Positions 1 through 10,378 of a stretch of DNA of 64,000 nucleotides are shown here, piece after piece (the first letter of the stretch is position 1; each line of letters opens with the position of its first letter). Source of the stretch: Candidatus Latescibacterota bacterium (lineage in GTDB: Bacteria > Latescibacterota > UBA2968 > UBA8231); NCBI GenBank assembly GCA_964291625.2, contig OZ220089.1, positions 2,720,001 through 2,784,000 of the forward strand, written 5' to 3'. The notes under the pieces were generated by a model. It did not search any database. It was not told where the DNA came from and saw only the letters and a list, made by a program, of their open reading frames with translations. A program made the position numbers and the translations under genes.

Positions 1-168
1 GTGAACCAGGGTCTCCTGCAGGACATCCTGCACCTGGTCGCGGCAACCGATCCGAGAGCGGATCAGCCCCGCCAGGGTGCGTTCGTGACGCCGGATCAGC
101 CGTACGAAGGCGTCCTCGCTGCCCCGCCGGATCCGCTCTGCCAAGAGGTGGTCGCCTGGACCGGTCAT
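1..168 (-). CDS. ECF-type RNA polymerase sigma factor, N-terminal part (runs off window)
   Basis: Manual minus-strand translation MTGPGDHLLAERIRRGSEDAFVRLIRRHERTLAGLIRSRIGCRDQVQDVLQETLVH fits sigma-70 region 1.2/2 of ECF factors (DxxQE motif). Confidence 0.75.
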   Translation of the reverse strand, partial: MTGPGDHLLAERIRRGSEDAFVRLIRRHERTLAGLIRSRIGCRDQVQDVLQETLVH

Positions 169-245
169 GTCCTCTACCCTTCCTGCAATAGAAGGCGGCC
201 GTCAGCGGCAAAAGGTTCACCCCCTCGGACAGTCGGGAGTCGGTT

Positions 246-530
246 CGGCGCTCCACCGTCATCGAGAGGCGCTGGCGCCACCGCGGCAAGGAATCCCCGT
301 GCGGCGCCATCCGGCCCAGAGAGAGTTGTCGGCGCGGTGGTCTCCCACCCAGGGCGGTGACGGCGGCGCAGGCCGCGCCGAGCGGCGCACTTACGCCGGG
401 CCTGGGGTCAACCCGAGCCTCGCGAGGGGCTCGCCAGCCCGGCGGATCACTCTCAAGCGACAGATCCATCAGCGAGGCCCGGCGTACGCGCCGCCCGAGG
501 CGTGGCCGGAGCCGCCGGCGCCGCCCCTTG
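246..530 (+). repeat. Structured intergenic repeat, copy 1 (diverged)
   Basis: GGGCGGTGACGGCGGCGCAGGCC...TTACGCCGGGCC (352-402) pairs with GGCCCGGCGTAC...GCCGCCGGCGCCGCCCC (476-527); inner mini-hairpin loop is CTC instead of GNA. Confidence 0.85.
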
Positions 531-568
531 CGGCCGCGACCACGCTATCTTCCACCAGTGGAGCAGCC

Positions 569-1447
569 ATGAACGATACCGACAACCCCTCCGCCCTGAC
601 CCCGGAGCAGAAGTACGAGTTCGACCTGCGGGGGTACATCGTCCTGAAGGGCCACTACGACGAGGAGGCGGTGACGGAGTTCCACGCCGGCATCGACGAG
701 CTGCAGGCGATCCCCGTCGACTACGAGACCTACACCCGGCTCGGGGTCGCCAGCTATTTCCTGGCCGCAGCCATGTCCGACCCGGAGCACCCGTTCTGGA
801 AGGGGGAGCACCGCCCCGACCGGCGCCCCAACCCCGACTCCGGCGGCATCGGGCGGGTCGACCACGCCCTGTGCGGCACGGCGAAGTTCGACCGCATCGT
901 GCGCGATCCGGTGATGAAGTCAGTCCACCGGGAGCTCGCCGGCGGCCCGGTCTACATCTCGGCGACCTACTACATCGAGAAGGTGGGACCCGCCGCGGGG
1001 GGCGGGCTCCACAACGGCGGCTTTCCGGTGGACCGCGACATCTACTATGCCTACGACCACACGCGGCAGCGGTTCGCCTGCAAGAGCACAAAGAGCGTGG
1101 TCATCCTCTCCGACATGACCCGCGTGGAGAACGGCCCCTTCGCCGCGGTCCCGGGGAGCCACAAGGCGAACTTCTCCTGTCCCTTCGACATGACGGACGC
1201 GGTCCGGAACCCGATGGCGGTGCCGGTGCTGGCCGCGCCCGGCGACGTCGTGATCTTCTCGGAGGGGATGACCCACAACGCCTATCCGGTCACCAACGAC
1301 TCGATCCGGCGCTCGGTGTTCTTCAACTACATGCCGGCCATCGGCCGCGACAACCTGCCCTTCCAGCGCATGTCCATCTACCCCGATCACGTCCTCGAAC
1401 GGCTGAGCGACGAGATCGATCTTCTCACCTCGGCGGGATACATCTGA
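569..1447 (+). CDS. Phytanoyl-CoA dioxygenase (PhyH)-family Fe(II)/2OG enzyme
   Basis: EQKYEFDLRGYIV N-terminus, VPGSHK, GDVVIFSEGMTH...R motifs; start after GGAG RBS. Confidence 0.85.
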   Translation: MNDTDNPSALTPEQKYEFDLRGYIVLKGHYDEEAVTEFHAGIDELQAIPVDYETYTRLGVASYFLAAAMSDPEHPFWKGEHRPDRRPNPDSGGIGRVDHALCGTAKFDRIVRDPVMKSVHRELAGGPVYISATYYIEKVGPAAGGGLHNGGFPVDRDIYYAYDHTRQRFACKSTKSVVILSDMTRVENGPFAAVPGSHKANFSCPFDMTDAVRNPMAVPVLAAPGDVVIFSEGMTHNAYPVTNDSIRRSVFFNYMPAIGRDNLPFQRMSIYPDHVLERLSDEIDLLTSAGYI

Positions 1448-1459
1448 CAGGAGAGCGTC

Positions 1460-1798
1460 GTGATCCACAGAGTCCGGAAGGACGAGAGGAATCTGGCCGC
1501 CTATGATGCGCCCGGCGCCACGGTGCGGGTCTCCGATCCCATCCGGGGCGCCGGCGACAGGCTGTCCGCCGGTTTCACCGAGTACACGGAGGCCAGCCGG
1601 CTGACGTGGACCTTCGACTACGACGAGGTCTTCTTCATGCTGGAGGGGTACCTGGAGATCGAGGTCGAGGGCCAGGACCCGGTGCCATACGAGGCGGGGG
1701 ACCTGGGTTTCATCGAGAAGGGTGCGCGGACGACCATCACCGTGCCGGAACGGGCCTACATGCTGCATGTCACCCACCCGGCGTGGCGTCCCGAGTGA
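1460..1798 (+). CDS. Cupin, EutQ-like
   Basis: SAGF...WTFDYDEVFFMLEG...GDLGFIEKG pattern of EutQ/cupin_3. Confidence 0.75.
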   Translation: MIHRVRKDERNLAAYDAPGATVRVSDPIRGAGDRLSAGFTEYTEASRLTWTFDYDEVFFMLEGYLEIEVEGQDPVPYEAGDLGFIEKGARTTITVPERAYMLHVTHPAWRPE

Positions 1799-1920
1799 GT
1801 GATTGGTGCCCGCGGGTCGTCGGCGCGGTCACTCCGCCGCAGGCCGCGTCCGCCAGGTCGATGACCATGGGGTGCCCGGCCAGAAAGAGCCCGACCCAAC
1901 CGGGGCTCACCCGCTGACGC

Positions 1921-3200
1921 TCAGGAGCGCCTCACCACCCTCGGTCCGTCCGGCAGGTCGTCCACGTCGTACCCGGCTTCGAGGATCTGTGCCCTGAGGG
2001 CGTCGGCCGTCCCGAAGTCCCGCTGCCGCCGGGCTTCCGTCCGCCGCCGCACCATCTCCGTAACCTCGGCCGGAATCTCCTCCCGGGGCGGTTCCCAGTC
2101 CGCCAGACCGAGGCCGAGGACGCGGTCGAACGCCAGAAGCGTCCCCTTCTTCACGTGGTCGGGCAGCTTCGACCGCACCAGGTCCCAGACCACGGCCAGG
2201 GCCCGGGGCATGTTGAGGTCGCTGTTGAGGCAGCGTGTGAAGGCCTCGAGGCAGCCCGGGTCCGGGTCGCCGGCCGGACCCCAGGCGTGGGTGGTGCGGC
2301 GCAGCCGTTCCAGGGCCGCGGTGGCCGCGTCAAGGGCCTCCCAGTTGAAGCTGAGGGGCCGCCGGTAGTGCGCCCCGAGCAGGAACATCCGGTAGGCCAG
2401 CGGGTCGTATCCCGCCTCGACCAGGCTGTCCAGAGTCAGGAAGGACCCGCTCGACTTGGACATGCGCTCGTCATCGAGCACCAGGAACCGGCCGTGCATC
2501 CAGAACCGGGCCAGCCGGGTCCCGTAGCATGCCTCGGACTGGGCGATCTCGTTCACATGGTGAATGGCGAGATGGTCCTCGCCGCCGCAGTGGATGTCGA
2601 ACTGCGGACCCAGATGGGAGTGCGACATGGCCACGCACTCCGTGTGCCACCCCGGGAACCCCCGCCCCCAGGGGCTGTCCCACTCCATCTGCCGCGTGCT
2701 GCCGGTCGGGCTCAGCTTCCACAGGGCGAAGTCGGTGGCCCGACGCTTCTCACCCAGCTCGACGCGGGCCCCGGCCTGCAGCCCCTTCACGTCCAACCGC
2801 GCCAGCCGGCCGTAGTCCGGCTGCCGGGAGGTGTCGAAGTAGATCCCGTCGGAGGTCGAGTAGATGAAGCCGCGCTCCTCCAGGGAGCGGATGACGCCGA
2901 TCTGCTGGTCGATGTAGTCCGTGGCCTTGCACCACACCGTCGGCTCGAGGACGTTGAGCCGGCGCAGGTCTTTCTCGAAGTAGAAGTCCGCCACCCACCA
3001 GGCGCTCTGGCCCGTGCGCCGCGCTCCCCGCTCCATCTTGTCCTCGCCCGTGTCGGGTCCGAGGTCAGGTGGCCCACGTCGGTGATGTTCACGAAGAACC
3101 TCGTAGCCGCTCCAGCACTCGCCCAGCACGTCCTCGAAGACGTAGTGCCTACCTGCACGTTCAGCGTATGTATCTGAAGCGTAGGGACGACGTCCGCTTC
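1921..3200 (-). pseudogene. cysS: Cysteinyl-tRNA synthetase, frameshifted and N-terminally degraded
   Basis: DFALWK, WDSPWGRGFPGWHTEC, DIHCGGEDH, MSKS motifs in frame 1921-3129; NITDVGHLTSD lies in a different frame; HIGH region unrecognisable. Confidence 0.85.
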
Positions 3201-3289
3201 TTCCACTCGTAGGGCTGCGCCGTCGAGCCTTGCACCGGCGATGAAGGCCGATGGCTTCAGTTGCCGGGGCGAGGTGAAGCTGGCCCCCT

Positions 3290-4060
3290 CGCGCGGACGT
3301 GCTGAGCCGGCGATTCAGCCAGCAGGCGTTGGTGGGCGTGTAGGTGCACTTTGGGATGGCGGGCCCAACGGTCGCGCTTGGGCTTGTGGGTGTTGAGGTT
3401 GTCCAGGATCACGTGAATGGCCTGGTGGGGCGTCTCGCCACCAGGTCGTTCATGGTCGAGGAACTCCCGGCGCCGGCGTCGCTTCGCGTGGCCGGCCTGG
3501 ATGCGCCCCTCGACCTCGAGGGCCGCCGTCGTGGTGCGTGGCCTGATAGCGGTGGCTGGCGCCGCATGGCCTCATTGGGCAACCGCGCTCCAGGCCTTGT
3601 CCTCGCACAGCACCACGGCGTTGTCCGGCGGGTCCGAGGTACAGGTGGCCCACGACATCGGTGATGCCTTCACCACATGTGTGAGACCTCGCAGAGATGC
3701 CGTTGTGCCGCAGCACCCGCCACACGTGATCGTCCAGACACTCGCCGCAGGCACTCGGCCACCAGTGTCCCGAGGTCGCGTGCCCGTCCGGCGGCGGTTG
3801 GGACACCACGTATGCGCTGCTCGGTCGTCATACCGCCTCGGCACCCGTCCGCGGCGCGTCCTGGTCCAGGCCGTGCCGCGAAGCGCGTCCGCCACTTGCT
3901 CACCGTGGCGTGGCGGACCCCCAGCCGGGCGATGGCCGCCGACGCCTCGCCGTCCGCCGCGTCGAGAATGATCGCAAGGCGACGTTCCGTGGTCCCCGAT
4001 CGCGCATTGCGACAGCGTGGCGCGGTCCTCTTCCGTCAAGAAATCTAGAGGGTCGCTGGC
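3290..4060 (-). mobile_element. IS630-family transposase remnant, heavily degraded
   Basis: Fragments in several frames: GRVPRRYDD, DDHVWRVLRHNGIS, DVVGHLYL/DPPDNAVVLCEDK resembling IS630 DIVGLYLDPPxxAVVLCVDEK. Confidence 0.6.
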
Positions 4061-4209
4061 CGTGGCATGCTCCCAAGATACAGATAACTCCAAGTGAGCA
4101 GTAGGTCCTCAGGTTGCCGCGTAGTCGACCCGTCGGCCCGAGGCGTACAGTCCGACGGGCGCGAGCGGTTCGAAGACGCGTTCGCTTCGGGAGTAGGAAT
4201 CGTAGAGTC

Positions 4210-4482
4210 TCAGCTCCAAGGGCAGTCCGCGTCGACCCTGACCAGTGCCCGGATCCCATCCTCGTCGTCGCTGGCCGGGCCTTTCTCCAGCGGCGTCTGT
4301 TCGGGGACCGGCTCCCCGTCCATGAGCAATCCCTCGATGTGACAGGCGACGGCCTCGCGAGCGGATTCGATGGCCTCCTCGAGCGTGTCTCCGGCCGAGA
4401 AGCAACCGGGCAGATCCGGCACGGTGACTCCATACCCGCTCTCCTCGTCCTTGTGAATCACGGCTGCGAAACGCAAACGCAT
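4210..4482 (-). CDS. hicB: HicB-family antitoxin (orphan, no hicA)
   Basis: FAAVIHKDEESGYGVTVPDLPGCFSAGDTLEEAIESAREAV. Confidence 0.85.
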   Translation of the reverse strand: MRLRFAAVIHKDEESGYGVTVPDLPGCFSAGDTLEEAIESAREAVACHIEGLLMDGEPVPEQTPLEKGPASDDEDGIRALVRVDADCPWS

Positions 4483-4589
4483 CAGCGGTCCTCCCCATCC
4501 ATGTTCGTGCTCTTCATCGGTGCGTAACATACGCACCGCTCCCGGCCTCAACGGAGGGCCAGGTGTGGGCCAGTCGGGTATGTCCGCAA

Positions 4590-5001
4590 CGGCCACCAAG
4601 CCAGCGCACCACCGGATCGAGTGGCGCCGGAGTCGCGCCGGCACAGAGCCCCCGGCCGGCGGCACGAGGCCCAGAAAGGTGGCTGCACGGTGATCCCACC
4701 GGCCGCGGCCACGCCTGCTGCGACGTCCCGCGAATGGAAGCCCTGCCAGCGGCGGCGACGGCGGCGCAGGCCGAGCCGAGCGGCGCATTACGCCGGGCGG
4801 ATCCCAAGCTTGCGCGCATCCAGAAGGCCCAGAGACCCGAGCGCAGCGAGGGGCTCGCCGGCCCCACGAATCACTCCGATAGGTCCTCGCCCTGCTTGGG
4901 CACGGGGCGCACTACGACATCTTCTCGGCTTGCGATAGATCCATCAACCAATCCGGGCGTACGCGCCGCCGAGGCGCGGCCGGAGCCGCCGGCGCCGCCC
5001 C
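4590..5001 (+). repeat. Structured intergenic repeat, copy 2
   Basis: GGATCGAGTGGCGCCGGAG, GACGGCGGCGCAGGCCGAGCCGAGCGGCGC, CCCGAGCGCAGCGAGGGG and GGCGTACGCGCCGCCGAGGCGCGGCCGGAGCCGCCGG blocks. Confidence 0.9.
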
Positions 5002-5038
5002 AAGGCAGAGGAGAACCAGAGGGAGAGCACCGTGAACA

Positions 5039-5849
5039 TCAGCTCCCGACCAGATCCAGGTGACGGAGGGTGGATTGGATCGCACCTGCCTCTACGAGCA
5101 CCGGGATCAACTCCGCGTGTCTCGTCCGCTCGGCCGCACCGAACAACAGCCGCGTATAGGGCTTCACCAGCGCGCCTTCGCCGATCAACCACCGCGCGAG
5201 CTGCTCGTGGCCTCCGGCCACGGCAGGCGGCTCACCGCCTGCAGGCTACTGATGACGCGGGCCTCCAGGGCCCGGGTGCAGGGGGGTCACACGCCAGACC
5301 GAGTCGTCTTCCTGTTCCCTGGTCAACAGGTCTGGCTCGGTCTCGAGCCAGTGTTGCACGCGGTCGGTGTCACCCAGGTAGCACGCGGAGTAGATATCCA
5401 GCAGCGGGCTGATGCAATCCTTCCTCAGCTCCCGACCAGCACCTGCCTCTACGAGCACCGGGATCAACTCCGCGTGTCTTCCAACATCTCGGCGAGGTGC
5501 GGTCGGCGATAGCGCCCCGCGATGCAGTAGGGCTTGAGGAGCACCGGGATCTCAGTAGGGCTTGAGGAGCACCGGGATCTGTCCGCCCCGGGACATTGGG
5601 ATCGGCTCCGGCCCGCAGCAGGAACCGCACGACGTCAACCCGATGGCCGCGCGTCGCTTCCCAAAGGAAGGTCCTGTTGTGCCCGCCGCTCTTGGCCAGC
5701 AGCAGCGACGGGTCCTGTCTCAGATGCCGCTTTACCGACTCCAGATCTCCGCGCCGCGCCGTCTGCAGAATCGCGGCGATACCGGTACGCCCACTGTGGC
5801 CCGCACGCGGCTTGACTTCATTGCCCCATCCGTGGTCGTCTCCGCTCAT
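5039..5849 (-). pseudogene. Ankyrin-repeat protein, fragmented/scrambled
   Basis: ARRGDLESVKRHL, RTFLWEATRGHRVDVVRFLLRAGADPN, DIYSACYLGD, VTPLH fragments in several frames with internal duplications. Confidence 0.7.
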
Positions 5850-8182
5850 GGAACCACGCCCGCATCCCCGAGCTCATACCTCCAGCCATTCACGACCAGC
5901 AGCGCCACCCCGTCCGAGCGATGGTTGCCGTACACCACCCCGTCCCGACCGCCCACCAGCACGAGGTCGTCCCCGATACGCGCCACTTCCGTCTCGCCCG
6001 ATCGCTCGGTCTGCACTTCAGCCCGGTGAAGCAGTTCGTGGCCGGGGCACAACACGACCCCCAGATTGCGGCGGCTCACCAGACCGGAGGGGGTGAACCG
6101 CAGGTGGTACTGCTGGTGCCACTGCGAGTCATCCTTGCGGATCCGCATCGGCGGGGGGTCCCATCCCTCGCCCAGGGAGAAGAAGGCGTTGTTGTGGTAC
6201 ATGAAGTGCCCTTCGAGGGAGCTGCCGTCACGCTCCAGCAGGAACGTCCTGGCCTCCTCGTCCACGGCGAAACGGTTCCAGGAGTGGATGTTCCACTGCA
6301 ACGCCGAGTCGAGACCCGGAACCGCGACGAACTCGTCGATCATCACGAAGCAGCTCCGCGCCTTCAGGAAGAGCACGTGCCGCCGGCACCGCCTAGCGCG
6401 GTCGCTGTAGCTTGCGTCGGCGTTGCCCGCAAAGTAGATGAGCCGTTCGTCCTCGAAGGGATTCTCGATCCTGCCCCTGGAGTCGTGAGACCGCATGATC
6501 TGCGAGGCGTCGGAGAGGGTGACGCAGTTGTGGGATTTGGTGTGCCACACCCAATGGGTGTGGTGATCCGAACCGTACCCGGCGTAGTAGCCGCTGGGCA
6601 TGGCCAGCACCTTGCCCCCGGCGTGCAGGATGAAGTCGTTGTTGTTGGCGTGGGAGTGGCTGATGGCGCCGAGAGGTGAAGAGCGGAAGATCATCGCCAC
6701 ATCCCGCGCGGGATCGTCCAGATGAGTCCGGACCGCGGCCCAGCCCGCGGCGGGAAAGAGACGGAACATGGGATGGCCCGATTCCTTCGGCCTGGGTGTC
6801 TCCAACGCGGGAGTCAGAAACAGCTGCGGCAGAACGCCCGGGGTTTGCCGGTTCGGCGGCGTCTGCATGTGCTCCGCCTCGGCGCGAAAAGCCTCGACGT
6901 AAGGCGTGAATTCACCGGTCCCGGTCTCTCGTCCGATCAGGTCCACCAGGTCCGCATTGGACCGCCACGAGCTCGCCCAGCGCTCGGTATGGTCGCCGAA
7001 CCCCATCCACTCCGCGTAGGGCGGCAGACAGTACTGACGCCACCGGGCGTGGTTCTTCCAGAACGGTCTCCTGTAGAGATCGACGCCCGCCCCCCGTTTC
7101 AGGGCGGTGGCGAACATGGTCATGATGGTCACGTAGGCCAGGCCGTAGGAGGGGCCTTCCGCCCACGCACCGTCGTCGCCGGCCCAGATCGGCCAGATAC
7201 CGCACAGCACCGGCCGCAGCCACTCGAGCCACGACTGCGCCTCGGGGATGTGCTCGTGGAAGACCAGCGCGATGTGGGCCAGGAAGACGATCTCGCGGCC
7301 GGCGTGCGAGTCGAAGCGCGTCAGTCCGTAGGATCCCCGGTTGTGCATGTGATCGAACGTCATCCGCCCACGCTGCCGGAACTGGGCGACGACGGCGTCG
7401 CGCTCCTCGTCCGTGAAACGGTCCCACACCCAGTCGCAGGCGTTCGAGCCGTTCCAGATCACCGACATGTGAGCTTCGTCGTTGTGGGCCAGGTGGCTCG
7501 ACCCCTCCGGATCCCAGCGGGAGATGGAGGCCATCCGCCGGCAGGCGGCGCGGGCGAAACGGTCCTCCCCGCCCACCAGCCAGGCCAACGCCAGGGTCTC
7601 GGCGCCCTTGACGAAGCGCCGGGAGTTCCACATCAGCGGACTCCAGGCCTCGAAGAATGCCTGATAGCTCTCCCGGCGGTCGGGGAGATAGGGCGGCTCC
7701 TCGATCTCGTGAGGTTCCGCCAACACGGCCTCGGCGCTTCTCCGCAGGCCTTCCCACGCTGACGCACGCTCGCCAAGAGCCGCCGCACGCAGCGCCGGTA
7801 CCTCCTCGGGGCGGACGTAGATCCGCGGGTGTTGCGCCGGGAAGCGTTTCAGCCACTCCGCAGCCGACGGCACCTCCACAACCACCGCCTCCGCTGCGAT
7901 CTCAAAGGCGAAGACCTCCGACATCGCGCTATCCCCCGCGCACCAGCGCCAGAAGTACCTACCCGGCGCGAAGGCGGTCTCGGGCAGAAACAGCGGGTCC
8001 TGCAGATTCCCCTTCTCCAGGCAGATGCTCTCGAAGCCGGGATCCCGGGCCACCTGCAGCCGATAGCCCGACGCGGACTCCACGGGAAGCCAGGCGAAGA
8101 CAGGCGGATTCGTCCCCGGCCTGGCGTCTGCCCTGGGCTGCCGCGGATCTCTGTGCGGGTGCGGATGGCGGTGTTGCTTCAT
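5846..8182 (-). CDS. DUF4962/heparinase II-III family (polysaccharide lyase-like) protein
   Basis: NPPVFAW N-terminus, HPRIY, DGAWAEGPSY, SHSHANNNDF, HNCVT motifs; 778 aa. Confidence 0.75.
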   Translation of the reverse strand: MKQHRHPHPHRDPRQPRADARPGTNPPVFAWLPVESASGYRLQVARDPGFESICLEKGNLQDPLFLPETAFAPGRYFWRWCAGDSAMSEVFAFEIAAEAVVVEVPSAAEWLKRFPAQHPRIYVRPEEVPALRAAALGERASAWEGLRRSAEAVLAEPHEIEEPPYLPDRRESYQAFFEAWSPLMWNSRRFVKGAETLALAWLVGGEDRFARAACRRMASISRWDPEGSSHLAHNDEAHMSVIWNGSNACDWVWDRFTDEERDAVVAQFRQRGRMTFDHMHNRGSYGLTRFDSHAGREIVFLAHIALVFHEHIPEAQSWLEWLRPVLCGIWPIWAGDDGAWAEGPSYGLAYVTIMTMFATALKRGAGVDLYRRPFWKNHARWRQYCLPPYAEWMGFGDHTERWASSWRSNADLVDLIGRETGTGEFTPYVEAFRAEAEHMQTPPNRQTPGVLPQLFLTPALETPRPKESGHPMFRLFPAAGWAAVRTHLDDPARDVAMIFRSSPLGAISHSHANNNDFILHAGGKVLAMPSGYYAGYGSDHHTHWVWHTKSHNCVTLSDASQIMRSHDSRGRIENPFEDERLIYFAGNADASYSDRARRCRRHVLFLKARSCFVMIDEFVAVPGLDSALQWNIHSWNRFAVDEEARTFLLERDGSSLEGHFMYHNNAFFSLGEGWDPPPMRIRKDDSQWHQQYHLRFTPSGLVSRRNLGVVLCPGHELLHRAEVQTERSGETEVARIGDDLVLVGGRDGVVYGNHRSDGVALLVVNGWRYELGDAGVVP

Positions 8183-8209
8183 GGCGGTACCCTACGGCAA
8201 TCTCGGTGA

Positions 8210-8458
8210 TCCCCGCCAACCCCAGCCCCCCCGGCCGGCGCCCCACCGGATCGAGTGGCGCCGGAGGCACCCCCGGCCCGGAGTCACCACCGAGCGCCAC
8301 CCCGCCCACAGAAAGGTGTGTGGAGTGAGGTCCCACCCGGGGCGGTGACGGCGGCGCAGGCCGGGCCGAGCGGCGCACCTTACGCCGGGCCGGGGTCAAC
8401 AACCACCCGCATCCAGCAGGCCCAGAGGCCCGAGCGCAGCGAGGGGCTCGCCAACCCA
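8210..8458 (+). repeat. Structured intergenic repeat, copy 3 (lacks 3' arm)
   Basis: Very similar to the 5' two-thirds of copy 4; ends just after GCGCAGCGAGGGGCTCGCCAACCC. Confidence 0.9.
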
Positions 8459-8639
8459 CGGACCAGGTTCAGGGGAGATGACCACCGCCAGCCAGCACGA
8501 GGGGTGGCCTGGACCTCAGCGGGAGCCAACCTTCCGGAGTGTCCCTTTGGGAGGAGGGTTGCGCAAGGGTCCCTGGCGACTCTACTCTGGAACCAGGGGG
8601 TGGGCCCGCCTCCCAATCCGCTTTGATCGGAGTTCTATC

Positions 8640-8894
8640 CTGAATCGGCCTAGGGAGCTTCGACAGCAGATTCTCGGTGGTCGCTCGGATGCGAACATCC
8701 GTTTCGACGACTTGCGCTCGCTACTCCGGAGGCTGGGGTTCACCGAGCGGGTGCGAGGAAGTCATCACATATTCCGGAAGGAAGGAATCGCTGAAAGGCT
8801 GAACCTGCAACGTGATGGCAGCCACGCGAAACCCTATCAGGTGCGACAGGTCCGCCGAGTGATACTGAAATACAAACTGGAGGATCCGGACTGA
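8640..8894 (+). CDS. hicA: HicA-family toxin (mRNA interferase)
   Basis: SDANIRFDDL...GFTERVRGSHHIF...AKPYQVRQV; probable CTG start after GGAG; stop overlaps hicB start. Confidence 0.85.
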   Translation: MNRPRELRQQILGGRSDANIRFDDLRSLLRRLGFTERVRGSHHIFRKEGIAERLNLQRDGSHAKPYQVRQVRRVILKYKLEDPD

Positions 8895-9106
8895 TGTACA
8901 GATACGAGATCATCCTTTACTGGAGCGATGCCGACAGCGTTTTCGTGGCTGAAGTGCCGGAGCTATCTGGATGCATGGCTCACGGTGACACACAAGAGGC
9001 CGCTCTCAGGCAGGTCAAGGAAGCCATGGGTCTTTGGATCGATACCGCAAGGGAGTTCGGCGACCCGATTCCGGAACCCAAGGGCGAGCGTCTGATGCTG
9101 GCATAG
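8894..9106 (+). CDS. hicB: HicB-family antitoxin
   Basis: YEIILYWSDADSVFVAEVPELSGCMAHGDTQEAAL...PIPEPKG. Confidence 0.9.
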   Translation: MYRYEIILYWSDADSVFVAEVPELSGCMAHGDTQEAALRQVKEAMGLWIDTAREFGDPIPEPKGERLMLA

Positions 9107-9445
9107 CCAGCCAACCGCAGCCCACCAGGCAAGCGCCCCACCGGATCGGTGGCGCCGGAGTTCACCCCGGGCCCAGAACCCCAGCAGGCGCCACCCCGCC
9201 CACAGAAAGGTGTGTGGGGTCAGGTCCCACCCGGGGCGGTGACGGCGGCGCAGGCCGGGCCGAGCGGCGCCCTTTACGCCGGGCCGGGGTCAACAACCCC
9301 CCACATCCAGCAGGCCCAGAGACCCGAGCGAAGCGAGGGGCTCGCCAACCCCTCGAACCACCTCCCGTCGATAGCCCCACCAACCAGGCCCGGCGTACGC
9401 GCCGCCGAGACACGGCCGGAGCCGCCGGCACCGCCCCTTGCCAGA
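9107..9445 (+). repeat. Structured intergenic repeat, copy 4 (full)
   Basis: Stem 9233-9285 pairs with 9387-9437; mini-hairpin CCCGAGCGAAGCGAGGG at 9323-9339; begins immediately after the hicB stop. Confidence 0.92.
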
Positions 9446-9489
9446 ACCCCCTATCTTGGACCCAATCCAATCCAACCGGAGAACCAGCC

Positions 9490-10371
9490 ATGACCGAACA
9501 CGCCAACACCTCGCGCTCGATCACCGCAGACACGACCGAGATGTCCCCCGACGAGAAGTACCTCTTCGACCTGACCGGCTTCCTGATCGTGCGCGACGTG
9601 CTGAGCGACGAGCACCTGAAGCTGGCCAACGAGGCGATCGACTCGATGGAGCTCAACCCGAGCCCCGAGTACTTCGGCGATTCGGCCGCCCTGAGGGGTG
9701 AGAACCGCTCGACCCGCCTCGGCAACAGCGAGAACCTGATGGAGCTTCCCCATCCCCACTGCGAGCCCTTCCGGGAGATGCTGGCCCATCCGAAGACCAT
9801 CCCCCATCTCAACACCATCCTCGGGGAAGGCTGGCGCCTGGACCACGGCCCCGGCCTGATCGCCATGGACAAGGGATGCTCCGGGGGCATGCTGCACGGC
9901 AACTTCGACAACGCCCCCTACTTCTACCGCGAGGGGAAGATCTTCACGGGCCTCTGCGTCATCGAGTACCTCCTCGCCGACGAAGGCCCCGGCGACGGCG
10001 GCATCAGCGTTGTGGCCGGCAGCCACAAGGCGAATCTCGCCTGCCCGGCGAAGATGCTCCGATGGGAGCAGTACCAGGAGTACGTGACCGAGATCAACGC
10101 CAGGGCCGGCGACGCCGTCATCTTCAGCGAGGCCTGCACCCACGGCACCCTCCCGTGGAACGCCGACCACCAGCGCCGCGCCATCCTCTACAAGTACAAC
10201 ACCGGCCACATGGCCTGGGGCGGAGGCGGACTGCGAGGGGCTCGCCCCTCCTACTGGGACGAGCTCACCCCTGCGCAGCAGGCGGCTCTGCTCCTGCCCT
10301 CCCACCACTCCCGCCGGCCCAAGCAGAGCAACGGGTACGCCGGGCTCGCCGAGGTGGCCGACTCGGCCTGA
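9490..10371 (+). CDS. PhyH-family Fe(II)/2OG enzyme
   Basis: DEKYLFDLTGFLIV, RLDHGPG, VAGSHKAN, GDAVIFSEACTHGTLPW...RR. Confidence 0.85.
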   Translation: MTEHANTSRSITADTTEMSPDEKYLFDLTGFLIVRDVLSDEHLKLANEAIDSMELNPSPEYFGDSAALRGENRSTRLGNSENLMELPHPHCEPFREMLAHPKTIPHLNTILGEGWRLDHGPGLIAMDKGCSGGMLHGNFDNAPYFYREGKIFTGLCVIEYLLADEGPGDGGISVVAGSHKANLACPAKMLRWEQYQEYVTEINARAGDAVIFSEACTHGTLPWNADHQRRAILYKYNTGHMAWGGGGLRGARPSYWDELTPAQQAALLLPSHHSRRPKQSNGYAGLAEVADSA

Positions 10372-10378
10372 GCACGGC

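Noticed and set aside
9034-9489. N-terminal ORF extensions and ORFs running through the repeat copies (e.g. 167-568, 9034-9489, 20956-23415, 15244-15855)
   Set aside because: These are Pro/Arg/Ala-rich translations of the GC-rich repeat in inconsistent frames between copies; better starts with RBS lie downstream.
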